The notes: generated by a model from the sequence alone, not told the origin. A stretch of DNA of 64,000 nt from Mollicutes bacterium (GCA_003568315.1 PWYL01000070.1:15266-79265); one strand, 5' to 3'; positions 25,371-37,673 are shown, counted from the stretch's first letter. Numbers and translations: made by a program.

Positions 25371-28300
25371 ATGGCGAAAAAGAAAGTGTTCCAGTCGATG
25401 GACGGGAACCAGGCGGCCGCCCACGCGGCCTATGCGTTCACCGAAGTCGCAGGAATCTATCCGATCACACCGTCTTCGCCCATGGCCGAACACACGGATC
25501 TCTGGGCGTCGCAAGGCAAGAAGAACCTCTTCGGCATGCCCGTCAAGGTGGTGGAGATGCAATCCGAAGCCGGTGCGGCGGGAACCGTCCACGGCTCGCT
25601 CCAATCCGGTGCGCTCACGACCACCTACACCGCGAGCCAGGGACTTCTCCTGAAAATCCCCAACATGTACAAGATCGCCGGCGAACTCTTGCCCGCTGTC
25701 ATCCATGTCGCGAGTCGGAGCATCGCCGTGCAGGCCCTTTCCATCTTCGGCGACCATCAAGACGTCATGGCCGCGCGCCAGACCGGTTTCGCTATGCTTG
25801 CGAGCGGTTCCGTCCAACAAGTGATGGACCTCGGCGGCGTCGCCCACCTTGCGGCGATCAAGGCGAGCATACCCTTCGTCCATTTCTTCGACGGTTTCCG
25901 CACCTCGAACGAGACGAACAAGGTCGAGGTCATGGACTACGAGGTTTTTGATCGTCTGCTCGACCGTGACGCCGTGCGTCGTTTCCGCAAGCGCGCGTTG
26001 AACAGCGAACGTCCCGTCACCCGCGGTTCCGCACAGAACGACGACGTCTACATGCAAGCGCGTGAAATCCAGGAGAAATACTACAAGGACATCCCCGACA
26101 TCGTCGCGGACTACATGAAAGAAATCTCGAAAGAGACCGGTCGCGACTACGCCCCCTTCACCTACCATGGCGCTCCCGATGCGACAGACGTCATTGTCGC
26201 CATGGGGTCGGCGACCGAGGCCATCCGCGAGACCATCGACTATCTCCGCGAGAAGGAAGACCGCAAGGTCGGCCTTGTCACGGTGCATTTGTATCGTCCC
26301 TTCAGCACGAAGCACTTCTTCCAAGCCATGCCCGATTCCGTCGAGAGGATCGCCGTGCTCGATCGCACCAAGGAGAACGGCGCCATCGGCGAACCGCTCT
26401 ATCTCGACGTGAGAAGCGTATACTACGGCAAAAAAGACGCACCGACCATCATCGGCGGCCGCTACGGCCTTTCCAGCAAGGACACGACACCCGCCCAGAT
26501 CAAGGCCGTCTTCGACAACCTCGCGGGTGAGCAGAAGAACCGCTTCACCATCGGCATCGTCGACGATGTCAACCACACCTCGCTCGAGGTCGGCGAAGAG
26601 ATCCATGCCACGGACCCTTCCACCACGGAACTGCTCTTCTTCGGCTTCGGCAGCGACGGGACGGTGGGTGCATCGAAGAACACCATCAAGATCATCGGCG
26701 AAAACACCGACATGTACGCCCAGGCCTACTCGAGCTATGACTCGAAGAAATCGGGCGGCATCACCCGTATGCATCTCCGTTTCAGCGAGAATCCCATCCG
26801 GAGCACCTATCTCGTCAACCATCCGCATTTCGTGTCCTGTTCGAAGGATTCCTATCTCTTCAAATACGACATGATCGAGGGCATGCGCAAGGGCGGAACC
26901 TTCCTCTTGAACACCATCAAATCCCCCGAAGAGATCGAAGAGTTCCTCCCGAACAAGGTGAAACGCCAACTCGCCGAGAAAGACGCCAAGCTCTACATCA
27001 TCAACGCCGTCAAACTCGCCGAAGATATCGGTCTCGGCGAGCGCATCAACACCATCATGCAATCGTCCTTCTTCGCCTTGAATGAGCACGTCATGCCGTA
27101 TGAGAGGGCCAAGGAACTGATGAAGGAATACGCCGAGAAAGCCTACGGCCGCATGGGCGAAGAGATTGTCAAGAAGAACTTCCAAGCGATCGATTCGGGG
27201 AAAAAGGGTCTCGTCGAGATCGACGTGAAGAAAGAATGGAAGGACCTCCCCGACGAAGCCGGACCCGAAGAGAAAGACAAGCCCGACTACGTCAAGAACA
27301 TCGCCGAACCCGTGAACAAGATCAAGGGCTACGACCTTCCCGTCAGCGCTTTCGAAAAGTATGCCGACGGCACCATGGAGGCGGGATCCACGGCCTATGA
27401 GAAACGGGGCATCGCCAACTATGTGCCCAAATGGATCAAGGAAAATTGCATCCAATGCAACCAGTGCGCCTTCGCCTGCCCGCACTCTGTCATCCGTCCC
27501 TTCCTTTTGACCGAAGAGGAGATGGAAAAGGCCCCCAAAGACCTCGAGACGCTCGATGCCCGCGGTAAAGGCATCGACGAGATGAAATACCGCATCCAGA
27601 TCTCCACGCTCGACTGCACGGGCTGCGGTGTCTGCGTCAGCGTCTGCCCGGCGAAAGAGAAGGCGCTCGAGATGAGCCCGATCGGTGACGAGATCGAGAA
27701 GGGCGAAGTGCAAAACGCCGAATACCTCTTGAACGAAGTCACCCCGAAAGACCATCTCGTCAAGAAGACGAACGCCAAGAACTCGCAATTCGCCGAACCC
27801 CTCTTCGAATTCTCCGGCGCCTGCGCGGGTTGCGGCGAGACTCCCTATGTCAAGCTTGTGACCCAGCTCTTCGGTGATCGTTTGCAAATCGCCAACGCCA
27901 CCGGTTGTTCCTCGATCTATGGCGGCAGCTTCCCCGCCACCCCCTACACCAAGAATGCCGAAGGCAGAGGCCCCGCCTGGGCGAACAGCCTCTTCGAGGA
28001 CAACGCCGAGTTCGGCTACGGCATGTATCTCGCCAACGAGACCATGCGCGACAGACTCCAGAACCTCTTCGTCGAGAACAAGGACAAGTTCCCCAAAGAC
28101 ATGCAAGAACTCTTCGAGGAATGGGTCGAGAACCGTTCGGACGGCGAGAAGACCATGGAGATCCACAAGAAGCTCCGTCCCCTCATCGAGAAATACGACG
28201 GTCCCTTGGCCGACGAACTGCAAGAACTCGCCCAATACATTGTCAAGCAGAGCAACTGGATCTTCGGCGGCGACGGTTGGGCCTACGACATCGGCTACGG

Positions 28301-28919
28301 CGGCCTCGACCATGTCATCGCCTCCAACGACGATGTGAACATCCTCGTCTTGGACACCCAGGTCTATTCCAACACCGGCGGACAATCCTCCAAAGCCGCT
28401 CCGACCGGCTCCATCGCGGCCTTCACCGCCGCGGGCAAAGACGGCAAGAAAAAGGATCTCGCCGCCATGGCCATGAGCTACGGACATGTCTATGTGGCGC
28501 AGATCTCGCATGGTGCGAACCAACAGCAGGTCGTCAAGGCCCTCCGCGAAGCGGAAGCCCATCCCGGACCCTCGCTCGTTGTCGCCTACAGCCCCTGCAT
28601 CGCCCACAAGATCAAGGGTGGTCTCACCAATTCGGCCAAGCAGGCGGAAATAGCGACCAAAGTCGGATACTGGCCCACCTACCGCTTCGACCCCAAACTC
28701 GCCGAAAAAGGCAAGAACCCCTTCCAACTCGATGCGAAGGATCCCGATTGGGAGAGTTATCACGACTTCCTCATGAGCGAGGCCCGCTACGCGCAGCTTC
28801 ATTCCATCAACCCCGACAAGGCCGACGGCCTTTTGAAGGCCAACCTTGAGGACGCGAAGAAGCGCTGGCGGATGTACAAACGCTATGAGGCTATGGATTA
28901 CAGCGAGGAAAAAACCTGA
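25371..28919 (+). CDS. nifJ: Pyruvate:ferredoxin (flavodoxin) oxidoreductase
   Basis: 1182 aa. Ferredoxin clusters CIQCNQCAFACP and CTGCGVCVSVCP. TPP region GGDGWAYDIGYGG. Confidence 0.95.
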   Translation: MAKKKVFQSMDGNQAAAHAAYAFTEVAGIYPITPSSPMAEHTDLWASQGKKNLFGMPVKVVEMQSEAGAAGTVHGSLQSGALTTTYTASQGLLLKIPNMYKIAGELLPAVIHVASRSIAVQALSIFGDHQDVMAARQTGFAMLASGSVQQVMDLGGVAHLAAIKASIPFVHFFDGFRTSNETNKVEVMDYEVFDRLLDRDAVRRFRKRALNSERPVTRGSAQNDDVYMQAREIQEKYYKDIPDIVADYMKEISKETGRDYAPFTYHGAPDATDVIVAMGSATEAIRETIDYLREKEDRKVGLVTVHLYRPFSTKHFFQAMPDSVERIAVLDRTKENGAIGEPLYLDVRSVYYGKKDAPTIIGGRYGLSSKDTTPAQIKAVFDNLAGEQKNRFTIGIVDDVNHTSLEVGEEIHATDPSTTELLFFGFGSDGTVGASKNTIKIIGENTDMYAQAYSSYDSKKSGGITRMHLRFSENPIRSTYLVNHPHFVSCSKDSYLFKYDMIEGMRKGGTFLLNTIKSPEEIEEFLPNKVKRQLAEKDAKLYIINAVKLAEDIGLGERINTIMQSSFFALNEHVMPYERAKELMKEYAEKAYGRMGEEIVKKNFQAIDSGKKGLVEIDVKKEWKDLPDEAGPEEKDKPDYVKNIAEPVNKIKGYDLPVSAFEKYADGTMEAGSTAYEKRGIANYVPKWIKENCIQCNQCAFACPHSVIRPFLLTEEEMEKAPKDLETLDARGKGIDEMKYRIQISTLDCTGCGVCVSVCPAKEKALEMSPIGDEIEKGEVQNAEYLLNEVTPKDHLVKKTNAKNSQFAEPLFEFSGACAGCGETPYVKLVTQLFGDRLQIANATGCSSIYGGSFPATPYTKNAEGRGPAWANSLFEDNAEFGYGMYLANETMRDRLQNLFVENKDKFPKDMQELFEEWVENRSDGEKTMEIHKKLRPLIEKYDGPLADELQELAQYIVKQSNWIFGGDGWAYDIGYGGLDHVIASNDDVNILVLDTQVYSNTGGQSSKAAPTGSIAAFTAAGKDGKKKDLAAMAMSYGHVYVAQISHGANQQQVVKALREAEAHPGPSLVVAYSPCIAHKIKGGLTNSAKQAEIATKVGYWPTYRFDPKLAEKGKNPFQLDAKDPDWESYHDFLMSEARYAQLHSINPDKADGLLKANLEDAKKRWRMYKRYEAMDYSEEKT

Positions 28920-28936
28920 TCGATCCCAACCGATCA

Positions 28937-28976
28937 AGGTGTCCGCCCCCTATGTATGGGCGGGCACCTTTTTCTC
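28937..28976 (+). terminator. Terminator after nifJ
   Basis: AGGTGTCCGCCC...GGGCGGGCACCT followed by TTTTT. Confidence 0.8.
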
Positions 28977-29005
28977 TTGCAAAAACGGATGTAAGCGTTT
29001 ATAAT
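28977..29005 (+). promoter_or_regulatory. Promoter of mgtC
   Basis: TTGCAA, 17-nt spacer, TATAAT. Confidence 0.6.
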
Positions 29006-29049
29006 ATATAGTCAAACAACATGTCCCACAACGAAAAGAGTGGATTTCC

Positions 29050-29547
29050 ATGACTATGAACCCCGAAGTCGACCTTCTCTACATTCTACAAAGCCTCGGC
29101 CTCACCGTCCTTTTCGTGGGCCTGATCGGTTTCGAGCGCCAACGCCGCAACAAGATCGCAGGATTGACCACGCACCTGCTCGTCGCGATCGGCGCCGCCG
29201 GCATCACCATGGTCCAGCAGATGATGGTCTATGACGCTATCGCCTTCATCGAGGCCAATCTCGAAAATCCGGAAATCCTCGAATACGCCGATCTCACCAT
29301 CGAGCGCCAGCGTATCGTGGCGCAGATCATCTCGGGGATCGGCTTTTTGGGCACGGGGACGATTTTGAAAACGCAAGGCCACATCAGCGGTCTCACGACC
29401 GCCTCGACCCTGTGGATCAGTGCCATCATCGGCATCATCTTCGGGTATGGCCTCCACACCCTCGGCATCGCTGTGAGCCTCACCACCCTCTTCGTGCTCA
29501 CCATCATCAAGAACGTCATCCGACACCAGGTCGACGAACACCATTGA
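29050..29547 (+). CDS. mgtC: MgtC/SapB family membrane protein
   Basis: 165 aa. GLIGFERQ motif; 4-5 TM. Confidence 0.85.
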   Translation: MTMNPEVDLLYILQSLGLTVLFVGLIGFERQRRNKIAGLTTHLLVAIGAAGITMVQQMMVYDAIAFIEANLENPEILEYADLTIERQRIVAQIISGIGFLGTGTILKTQGHISGLTTASTLWISAIIGIIFGYGLHTLGIAVSLTTLFVLTIIKNVIRHQVDEHH

Positions 29548-29553
29548 TTGTCC

Positions 29554-29580
29554 GCCCCCCTGACGGGGGGCTTTTTTCTT
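29554..29580 (+). terminator. Terminator after mgtC
   Basis: GCCCCCC-tgac-GGGGGGC followed by TTTTTT. Confidence 0.85.
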
Positions 29581-29595
29581 TTGGGCTCGTCCGAC

Positions 29596-29624
29596 TTGCC
29601 CGGAAGGGTCTTCTTTGGTAGAAT
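29596..29624 (+). promoter_or_regulatory. Promoter of the suf operon
   Basis: TTGCCC, 17-nt spacer, TG-extended TAGAAT. Confidence 0.5.
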
Positions 29625-29716
29625 GGGTGCGGCCGTGAAGGCGGGTTTATCGTATCGTTTCCCAAATGGCGCATCTTCATATACAATAAGTTGTGGAACG
29701 ACAAGGAGGTTATACC

Positions 29717-30544
29717 ATGGCCGGGTTGAGAATAGAGAATCTGCATGCCGAAGCGGAGGGACACCGCATCCTCCGCGGCGTCGATCTTTGTATCGATGCC
29801 GGCAAGACCCATGCCATCATGGGACCGAACGGGACCGGGAAAAGCACCCTGGCCAGCGTCATCATGGGCCATCCCCGCTACAAGGTCACCGAAGGGAAGA
29901 TCACGTTGGATGGTGAGGACGTACTCGCCATGACCACCGACGAGCGCGCTCGCGCGGGGCTCTTTCTTGCCATGCAGTCCCCGGCGGAAGTGCCCGGGGT
30001 GACGAACTCCGACTTCATCAAGGCGGCGATGGACGCCAGAAGAGAAGGCGAGAAGAACATCCCCCTCTTCCGCTTCATCAAGCAACTCGACGACGCGGTC
30101 GCCGCACTCAAGATGCGCGAGGACTTGCCGCATAGATACTTGAACGACGGATTCAGCGGCGGCGAGAAGAAGCGGAACGAGATCCTCCAGATGCGCATGC
30201 TCCATCCCAAGATCGCCATCTTGGACGAGATCGACTCCGGACTCGATGTCGACGCCTTGAAGATCGTCGGCGACAATGTCACCGCGATGAAGGACGGCAA
30301 GCTGGGCCTCCTCCTCATCACACACTATCAACGGCTGCTCGATTACATCAGCGCCGACAAGGTGAGTGTCATGATGCAGGGAAGAATCGTCAAAACGGGC
30401 GATGAGAGTCTCATGAAACGAATCGACACGGAGGGGTATGACTGGATCAAGGAAGAACTCGGCATCGAGGACGAACGGGTCGTCCCCGATGATGATGAAC
30501 GCGTCTTCTTGGAAAAATGCGCCACGAAGGAAGCGCTCGAGTGA
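29717..30544 (+). CDS. sufC: Fe-S cluster assembly ATPase SufC
   Basis: ATG 29717 with AGGAGG upstream. Walker A GPNGTGKST and FSGGEKKRNEILQM. Confidence 0.95.
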   Translation: MAGLRIENLHAEAEGHRILRGVDLCIDAGKTHAIMGPNGTGKSTLASVIMGHPRYKVTEGKITLDGEDVLAMTTDERARAGLFLAMQSPAEVPGVTNSDFIKAAMDARREGEKNIPLFRFIKQLDDAVAALKMREDLPHRYLNDGFSGGEKKRNEILQMRMLHPKIAILDEIDSGLDVDALKIVGDNVTAMKDGKLGLLLITHYQRLLDYISADKVSVMMQGRIVKTGDESLMKRIDTEGYDWIKEELGIEDERVVPDDDERVFLEKCATKEALE

Positions 30545-31560
30545 TAGCGGAACAATCCGCCGTTCGTCTTCGCTTTGTTGACAAAACGGGCCTCGTCTCC
30601 CTCCGTGACGGGCGTGTTTTGGCAAAGGACCTCCCCCGGGGACTGACTCTTTATGACGAAAAGAACGTACCGGAAGCCGTACGGGATTCTTTCCGTTCGT
30701 TCACCTCAGAAGAGGAGGGTTTTTCGGACACGCTCTATGTCGTGGCCGAAGCCGGCCTGCAAAAAGGCCCCCCCCTCCGCATCATGCTGGAACGGACCCG
30801 GGAAACCTTCCGGGGAAGAATCGCCATATATCTCGCGAAAGAAGCACAAGCCGAAATACGCGCCCTCGCCATTGATGAAGCGAAAACCCTGGTCGATGAC
30901 ACCTGGGACTTCTTCCTCGCGGAAGGATCCTCGCTCGTCTTCTCCACCCTTTCCGCCTATGAAGAGGAATCGATGGCGCGCACGCGGCGGCGGGCGCATG
31001 TCCATGAGAACGCCACTCTCTCTTTGGACACCGGTGCTCTCGGTGACGAGAACGCTCATCAAGAGAACCGTTTCTTCCTCAAAGGACGCAAGGCGCGCGC
31101 GAGGTCGCGCTCGGTCGTCCTTTCGGCGAAAAGACAGGAGACGGTGGTCAAGACCCTGATGGCCCACGAAGCGCCCGCCACCGAAAGTCTCATCGAGCAC
31201 TACGGTGTCGCGGCCGACGAGAGTTTCCTCGCATTCGAGGCGGCCACACGCATCGAAAAAGGCATGAAGAAGAGTTCCGCACGGCAGAAGAACCACGGTG
31301 TCATCCTCGGAGAAAAGGCCCGGTTGGATGCGAACCCCCTCCTCTACATCGACGAATACGATGTCGAAGCCGCCCACGGCGCCGCTATCGGCAGGATCGA
31401 CGAAGAGGAACTCTATTATCTCATGAGCCGCGGACTCACCGAGCGCGACGCCCAGATGCTCATCATCCAAGGCTTTTTGGCGCCGCTGGACAAGCTCGTG
31501 GAGGAAACCGACATCGAACGGGCCGTCCGCGGACTTGTGACAGAAAAGATCGGCAGGTGA
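30541..31560 (+). CDS. sufD: Fe-S cluster assembly protein SufD
   Basis: GTG 30541 overlapping the sufC stop, with SD GAAGGAAG 7 nt upstream; alternative ATG at 30517. C-terminal ...EAAHGAAIGRIDEEELYYLMSRGL. Confidence 0.8.
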   Translation: MIAEQSAVRLRFVDKTGLVSLRDGRVLAKDLPRGLTLYDEKNVPEAVRDSFRSFTSEEEGFSDTLYVVAEAGLQKGPPLRIMLERTRETFRGRIAIYLAKEAQAEIRALAIDEAKTLVDDTWDFFLAEGSSLVFSTLSAYEEESMARTRRRAHVHENATLSLDTGALGDENAHQENRFFLKGRKARARSRSVVLSAKRQETVVKTLMAHEAPATESLIEHYGVAADESFLAFEAATRIEKGMKKSSARQKNHGVILGEKARLDANPLLYIDEYDVEAAHGAAIGRIDEEELYYLMSRGLTERDAQMLIIQGFLAPLDKLVEETDIERAVRGLVTEKIGR

Positions 31561-31565
31561 TCGGT

Positions 31566-32765
31566 ATGGACCTTTCACGCTTGCGTGATGATTTCCCCCT
31601 ATTGAAAAGAAAGCATATCCGCTATTTCGACACGGCGGCGACGAGTCTCACCCCGAGACCGGTCGTGGCGCGGATGAAAGACTATTATGAGAACCTCTCC
31701 GCGAACGTCCACCGGGGAGTATACACCCTGAGCCATGAAGCCACCGAACAATACGAGGCCGCGCGCGCGACGATCGCCCGCTTCATCAACGCCTTTCCCG
31801 AAGAATGCGTATTCACCCGCGGTGCCTCGGGCGCCTTGAACATGGTGGCTCTCGGTCTCGCCGAAAAAATCGCGGAAGGCGACGAGATCGTCGTCAGCGA
31901 GTTGGAGCACCATTCCAACTTCCTTCCTTGGTTGCATCTCGCCAAGAAAAGACGGGCGAAGCTCGTCTTCGTACCCTTGACGGATGAAGGGCGCATCACG
32001 ACAGAGAATTTCGCGAGCGTCCTCACGGAAAGGACGAAGATTGTCGCTTTGACCCATGTGTCCAACGTGTTGGGCTATACCACCCCCGTGGAAGAGATCA
32101 CCCGCCTCGCCCGGGAAAAAGAAGCCTATGTCGTGATCGACGCCGCGCAATCGGTTCCGCACATACCGGTCGATGTCAAGCGGATCGGCTGCGATTTCCT
32201 CGTCTTTTCCTCCCACAAGGCGTTGGGACCCACGGGTCTCGGTGTGCTCTATGGGAAGAAGGAACGTCTCGAGGAGATGGATCCTATCGAATACGGCGGC
32301 GACATGGTCGATCTCGCCGAGAAGGATCATGCCACCTGGCAGGATCCGCCGATCAAGTTCGAGACGGGAACCCCGCCCATCGCGGAGGTCCTCGGCTTCG
32401 CCGAAGCCGTGCGCTATATGGAAAGAATCGGCCGCGCCGAGATCAAACGCCATGGAGAAAACCTCCGTGCGCACACCATGGAAAAATTGCGAGCCATGGA
32501 AGGCGTCACCATCCACAACGAAAGCACCGAAGGGTCTCTCATCAGTTTCAACATCGACGGCGTGCATCCGCATGATGCCGTGACCATTCTCGACAGCGAG
32601 GGCTTCGCCCTCCGGGCCGGACACCACTGCGCCCAACCCCTGATGGCATGGCTCAGTGTCCCCGCGACACTCCGTGCTTCCTTCTACATATACAACACCA
32701 TCTCCGAATGCGACGGTCTCGTGGAAGCCGTCGGTCGCGCACGCGACTATTTCCTTTCACCCTGA
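31566..32765 (+). CDS. sufS: Cysteine desulfurase SufS
   Basis: ATG 31566. PLP lysine context FSSHKALGPTG. Catalytic Cys context RAGHHCAQP. Confidence 0.95.
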   Translation: MDLSRLRDDFPLLKRKHIRYFDTAATSLTPRPVVARMKDYYENLSANVHRGVYTLSHEATEQYEAARATIARFINAFPEECVFTRGASGALNMVALGLAEKIAEGDEIVVSELEHHSNFLPWLHLAKKRRAKLVFVPLTDEGRITTENFASVLTERTKIVALTHVSNVLGYTTPVEEITRLAREKEAYVVIDAAQSVPHIPVDVKRIGCDFLVFSSHKALGPTGLGVLYGKKERLEEMDPIEYGGDMVDLAEKDHATWQDPPIKFETGTPPIAEVLGFAEAVRYMERIGRAEIKRHGENLRAHTMEKLRAMEGVTIHNESTEGSLISFNIDGVHPHDAVTILDSEGFALRAGHHCAQPLMAWLSVPATLRASFYIYNTISECDGLVEAVGRARDYFLSP

Positions 32766-32783
32766 ATGCGAGGAGGAACCCCG

Positions 32784-33224
32784 ATGCGAAAGCTCGACAA
32801 CCTATATAGACAGATCATCATGGACCACTACAAGAATCCCCGGAACAAGGGGATCCCGGATGACGACCGCTATCGGAAAGAACACATCCGGAACCCTTCC
32901 TGCGGTGACGATGTGACCATCGCCACCCTCGTCGAAGAGGGAACAGTCAAAGACATCCGCCAAGATGGCACCGGCTGCAGCATCTGCTGTGCGAGCGCGA
33001 GCGTCCTTTCCGAGCTCCTCGAGGGGAAGACGGTCGCTGACGCCTTGCGCGTGAGCGAGAACTACGTGGACATGATCATGGGGAAACCCTTCGATGAGGC
33101 GATCGCGTTCGAAGACGCCCTCGCTTTCGAGGGCGTGAAGGATTTTCCCGCCCGTTTGAAATGCGCGACCATCGCCTGGAAGGCTTTTGATGCCACAGTC
33201 AAAGACGGTGAGAATGATGAATGA
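32784..33224 (+). CDS. sufU: Fe-S assembly sulfur-transfer/scaffold protein SufU
   Basis: ATG 32784 with AGGAGG upstream. [13 protein letters not shown] and LKCATIAW motifs. Confidence 0.9.
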   Translation: MRKLDNLYRQIIMDHYKNPRNKGIPDDDRYRKEHIRNPSCGDDVTIATLVEEGTVKDIRQDGTGCSICCASASVLSELLEGKTVADALRVSENYVDMIMGKPFDEAIAFEDALAFEGVKDFPARLKCATIAWKAFDATVKDGENDE

Positions 33225-34629
33225 AGACACGAAAAAAGAGATCGAACGCCTGATCGGCGATTACAAATACGGTTTCAAAACCGAGACGGAATCCCTGCGG
33301 GACACGGGGAAGGGTCTCACGAAAGAGGTCGTCGAGGAAATTTCCGCCATCAAGGAAGAGCCCGGATGGATGCGAGAATTCCGGCTCAAGGCGTATGAGA
33401 CCTTCTTGGAAAAACCTCTTCCCGCTTTCGGACCCGACCTCACCGGCATCGACTTCGAGAGCCTCACCTATTACCGGAAACCTTCCGAACGGAGCGAACG
33501 CTCCTGGGACGATGTCCCCGAGGAGATCAAGAACACCTTCGAGAAACTCGGCATCCCCGAGGCCGAACGGAAATTCCTGGCCGGGGTCGGCGCGCAGTTC
33601 GAAAGCGAGGTCGTCTACCACTCGACGCTCGAGGAGCTCGAGAAACAGGGCGTCGTCTTTTTGGACACCGACACCGCGTTGAAAAAACACCCCGAAATCT
33701 TCAAGGAATATTTCGCCAAGGCGATCCCCGCTCGAGACAACAAGTTCGCCGCCTTGAACAGCGCCGTCTGGAGCGGCGGCTCCTTCATCTATGTACCGAA
33801 GGGCGTCAAGGTGGACAAGCCTTTGCAATCCTATTTCCGCATCAACGCCGAACAGATGGGACAGTTCGAACGCACCCTCATCGTCGTCGAAGAAGGCGCT
33901 TCCCTCCACTATGTCGAAGGCTGCACGGCCCCTGTCTATACGACGGAGAGCCTCCATGCGGCCAATGTCGAGATTTTCGTCAAGAAGGGCGGATATTGCC
34001 GATACACCACCATCCAGAACTGGGCGTCGAACGTCAACAACCTCGTCACGAAACGGGCCATCGTCGAAGAGGACGCCCACATGGAATGGGTCGACGGCAA
34101 CATCGGCAGCCACATCAACATGAAATACCCTTCCTGCATCCTGAAGGGCGACAATGCCAAGGGAACGACCATCTCCATCGCTTTCGCCGGTGAGAACATG
34201 CACCAAGACACGGGAGCGAAGATGATCCACCTCGGCAAAAACACCACGAGCACCGTCATATCCAAATCCATGAGCGCCAAGGGCGGGAAAGTGAACTACC
34301 GCGGACTCGTCCATCACGCGCCGAGTGCCACGGGCGCCAAGACGAACGTCGAATGCGACACGTTGATCCTCGATGGAGAAAGTTCTTCCGACACCGTCCC
34401 CGTGAACATCGTCAAGAACAACGCCGCCATGGTCCAACACGAGGCGAGCGTCTCCAAGGTGAACGAACAACAACTCTTCTACCTCATGAGCCGCGGTCTC
34501 ACCGAAGAAGAGGCCACGGAGATGATCATCATGGGCTTCATCGAACCGTTCGCCCGCGAGCTCCCCATGGAGTATGCGGTCGAGTTGAACCAGCTCATCA
34601 AACTCGAAATGGAAGGGTCCATCGGCTGA
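33217..34629 (+). CDS. sufB: Fe-S cluster assembly protein SufB
   Basis: Start at 33217, or 33214. YKYGF N-terminal motif. ...[20 protein letters not shown] near the C-terminus. Confidence 0.95.
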   Translation: MNEDTKKEIERLIGDYKYGFKTETESLRDTGKGLTKEVVEEISAIKEEPGWMREFRLKAYETFLEKPLPAFGPDLTGIDFESLTYYRKPSERSERSWDDVPEEIKNTFEKLGIPEAERKFLAGVGAQFESEVVYHSTLEELEKQGVVFLDTDTALKKHPEIFKEYFAKAIPARDNKFAALNSAVWSGGSFIYVPKGVKVDKPLQSYFRINAEQMGQFERTLIVVEEGASLHYVEGCTAPVYTTESLHAANVEIFVKKGGYCRYTTIQNWASNVNNLVTKRAIVEEDAHMEWVDGNIGSHINMKYPSCILKGDNAKGTTISIAFAGENMHQDTGAKMIHLGKNTTSTVISKSMSAKGGKVNYRGLVHHAPSATGAKTNVECDTLILDGESSSDTVPVNIVKNNAAMVQHEASVSKVNEQQLFYLMSRGLTEEEATEMIIMGFIEPFARELPMEYAVELNQLIKLEMEGSIG

Positions 34630-34673
34630 GGACCCTTTTTCTCTAGGAAAATACAACGGAAGGAAGATGCGTC

Positions 34674-35627
<954 letters not shown>

Positions 35628-35726
35628 AACGCTTACCCGCGAGCGATCGGTTTATCTTTGTCATCATATGCGCTATAATGGATGAAAGAAAAGAGAAGAC
35701 TCATTTGAGAAGGGAATGAACAGAAC

Positions 35727-37667
35727 ATGCAAAAGAGTATCGACGCCATCCGCTTCTTGGGTCTGGACATGACCAACAAGGCCCAAAGCGGCCATCCGGG
35801 CATCGTTCTCGGTGCCGCACCCATACTGTATCATCTGTTCCGGGACCACATGAAGGCCACGCCGGATGATTCCGACTGGTTCGACCGTGACCGTTTCGTC
35901 CTTTCGGCCGGCCACGGGTCCGCTTTGATCTATGCGTTGTTGCATTATGCCGGATACGATGTGACCCTCGAGGACCTCAAAGCCTTCCGCCAAGTCGGCT
36001 CGAAGACCCCGGGACATCCCGAATACGGTGACACCGAAGGTATCGAGGCGACGACCGGCCCCTTGGGGCAGGGCATATCGAACGCCGTCGGTATGGCCAT
36101 CGCCGAAGCGCACCTAGCCGAACGCTTCAACAAAGACGGCAGGAAGCTCATCGACCATTTCACCTATGTGCTCATGAGCGATGGCGACTTCCAAGAGGGC
36201 GTCGCCCAGGAGAGCATGAGTCTGGCCGGACATCTTTCCCTTTCCAAACTCATCGTGCTCTTCGACTCGAACGACGTCCAGCTCGACGGTCCGACAGCGG
36301 ACGCCATAAGCGACGATGTCCGTATGAAGGTCGAAAGCATCAACTGGCATTACGAACATGTCGCCGACGCCAACGACATGGAGGCTTTACAAAAGGCCAT
36401 CGAAAAGGCGAAACAGACCGACAAGCCCAGTCTCATCGAAGTGAAGAGCATCATCGGCGAAGGTTCCACCGTGGCCGGCACAAGCGCCGCCCACGGGAAG
36501 CCTCTCGGCGAAGAGGAGACCGATTCCATGCGGCAGGCGAAAGATTTCCCCCACGGACCCTTCGCGACGCTCGACGAAGTCTACGAAGACTTCGCCTCGA
36601 CTTTCAAGAAGCGGGGCGATGCCGCCCGTGAAAATTGGCAAAAGACCCTCGAGACCTACAAATCGGCCCACCCCGAGACCCACAAGGAATTCATGGCGCT
36701 TCTCGAAGGAAAGGTCGACCTCGATTTCGAGAACATCCTTCCCGAAAAATCCATGGGCACCGTTGAAGCCACGCGGAATTCCATGGGCGAATGCCTCGAG
36801 GCCCTCGGCAACCATCTCCCCGCCCTCATCGGCGGTTCCGCCGACCTCTCCGGCAGCACCAAGGCCAAAGGCAACGACGGAGATTTCACAAAAGAGAACC
36901 GTCTCGGGCGGAATATCAACTTCGGTGTCCGCGAACACGCCATGGGCGCCATCACGAACGGGCTCGTCCTTCACGGGATGAAAGCCTTCAGCGGGGGATT
37001 CCTCATCTTTTCCGACTACATGAAGGCATCCATGCGGCTGGCTGCGTTGATGGAAATCCCCGCCACCTACATCTTCACCCACGACAGCGTCGCCGTCGGC
37101 GAGGACGGCCCGACGCATGAACCCATCGAACAGCTCGCGGCTTTCCGGGCGACCCCGAACATGAACGTGGTCCGTCCCGCGAACGCCATCGAAGCCCGCC
37201 ATGCCTTGCGTTTCGCCATGGAAAGCGAAAAGACGCCGACCGTTGTCGCTCTCACCAGGCAGAAGACGAACGCCCTGGTCGACGTCGCCTACGAGGATTT
37301 CTGCCAAGGCGCCTATGTCGCCCGCGACCATGACGCGGCCGCAGGCACACTCCTCGCTTCGGGGTCCGAAGTGGAACTCGCCCTCGCGGCGGCCGAACGC
37401 CTCGAAAAGCAAGGCATCAAGGTCCGGGTCGTGTCCATGCCCTCGATGGAGCTTTTCCTCGCCCAACCCAAAGAGGTGCGCGAGGCCATCCTTCCCAAGG
37501 ACCAAAAAACCCTCGCCATCGAGATGGCGGCCTCGCTTCCCTGGTATCGCTTCACACAACATGTCATGGGCATCGACACCTTCGGCGAAAGCGGCAAGGG
37601 CGACGAAGTCGTGAGGCATTTCGGTTTCACCCCCGAAGCCGTGGAGAAACGCTTCAAATCCATATGA
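35727..37667 (+). CDS. tkt: Transketolase
   Basis: 646 aa. SGHPG, GHGS, SDGDFQEGV and HDSVAVGEDGPTH motifs. Confidence 0.95.
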   Translation: MQKSIDAIRFLGLDMTNKAQSGHPGIVLGAAPILYHLFRDHMKATPDDSDWFDRDRFVLSAGHGSALIYALLHYAGYDVTLEDLKAFRQVGSKTPGHPEYGDTEGIEATTGPLGQGISNAVGMAIAEAHLAERFNKDGRKLIDHFTYVLMSDGDFQEGVAQESMSLAGHLSLSKLIVLFDSNDVQLDGPTADAISDDVRMKVESINWHYEHVADANDMEALQKAIEKAKQTDKPSLIEVKSIIGEGSTVAGTSAAHGKPLGEEETDSMRQAKDFPHGPFATLDEVYEDFASTFKKRGDAARENWQKTLETYKSAHPETHKEFMALLEGKVDLDFENILPEKSMGTVEATRNSMGECLEALGNHLPALIGGSADLSGSTKAKGNDGDFTKENRLGRNINFGVREHAMGAITNGLVLHGMKAFSGGFLIFSDYMKASMRLAALMEIPATYIFTHDSVAVGEDGPTHEPIEQLAAFRATPNMNVVRPANAIEARHALRFAMESEKTPTVVALTRQKTNALVDVAYEDFCQGAYVARDHDAAAGTLLASGSEVELALAAAERLEKQGIKVRVVSMPSMELFLAQPKEVREAILPKDQKTLAIEMAASLPWYRFTQHVMGIDTFGESGKGDEVVRHFGFTPEAVEKRFKSI

Positions 37668-37673
37668 CAAGCC

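Noticed and set aside
24741-28937. 1398-aa ORF on the minus strand, the longest ORF in the window
   Set aside because: It is exactly codon-aligned antisense to the MBL-fold hydrolase gene and nifJ, both of which have clear family motifs. Its translation is low-complexity (Gly/Val/Asp/Arg-rich) with no recognisable motif, SD or promoter. It is a shadow ORF caused by the absence of TTA/CTA/TCA codons in the sense genes.
28990-29004. cre-like sequence TGTAAGCGTTTATA in the mgtC promoter spacer
   Set aside because: It mismatches the conserved distal C of the CcpA cre consensus and is AT-rich promoter sequence. The evidence is too weak to call.
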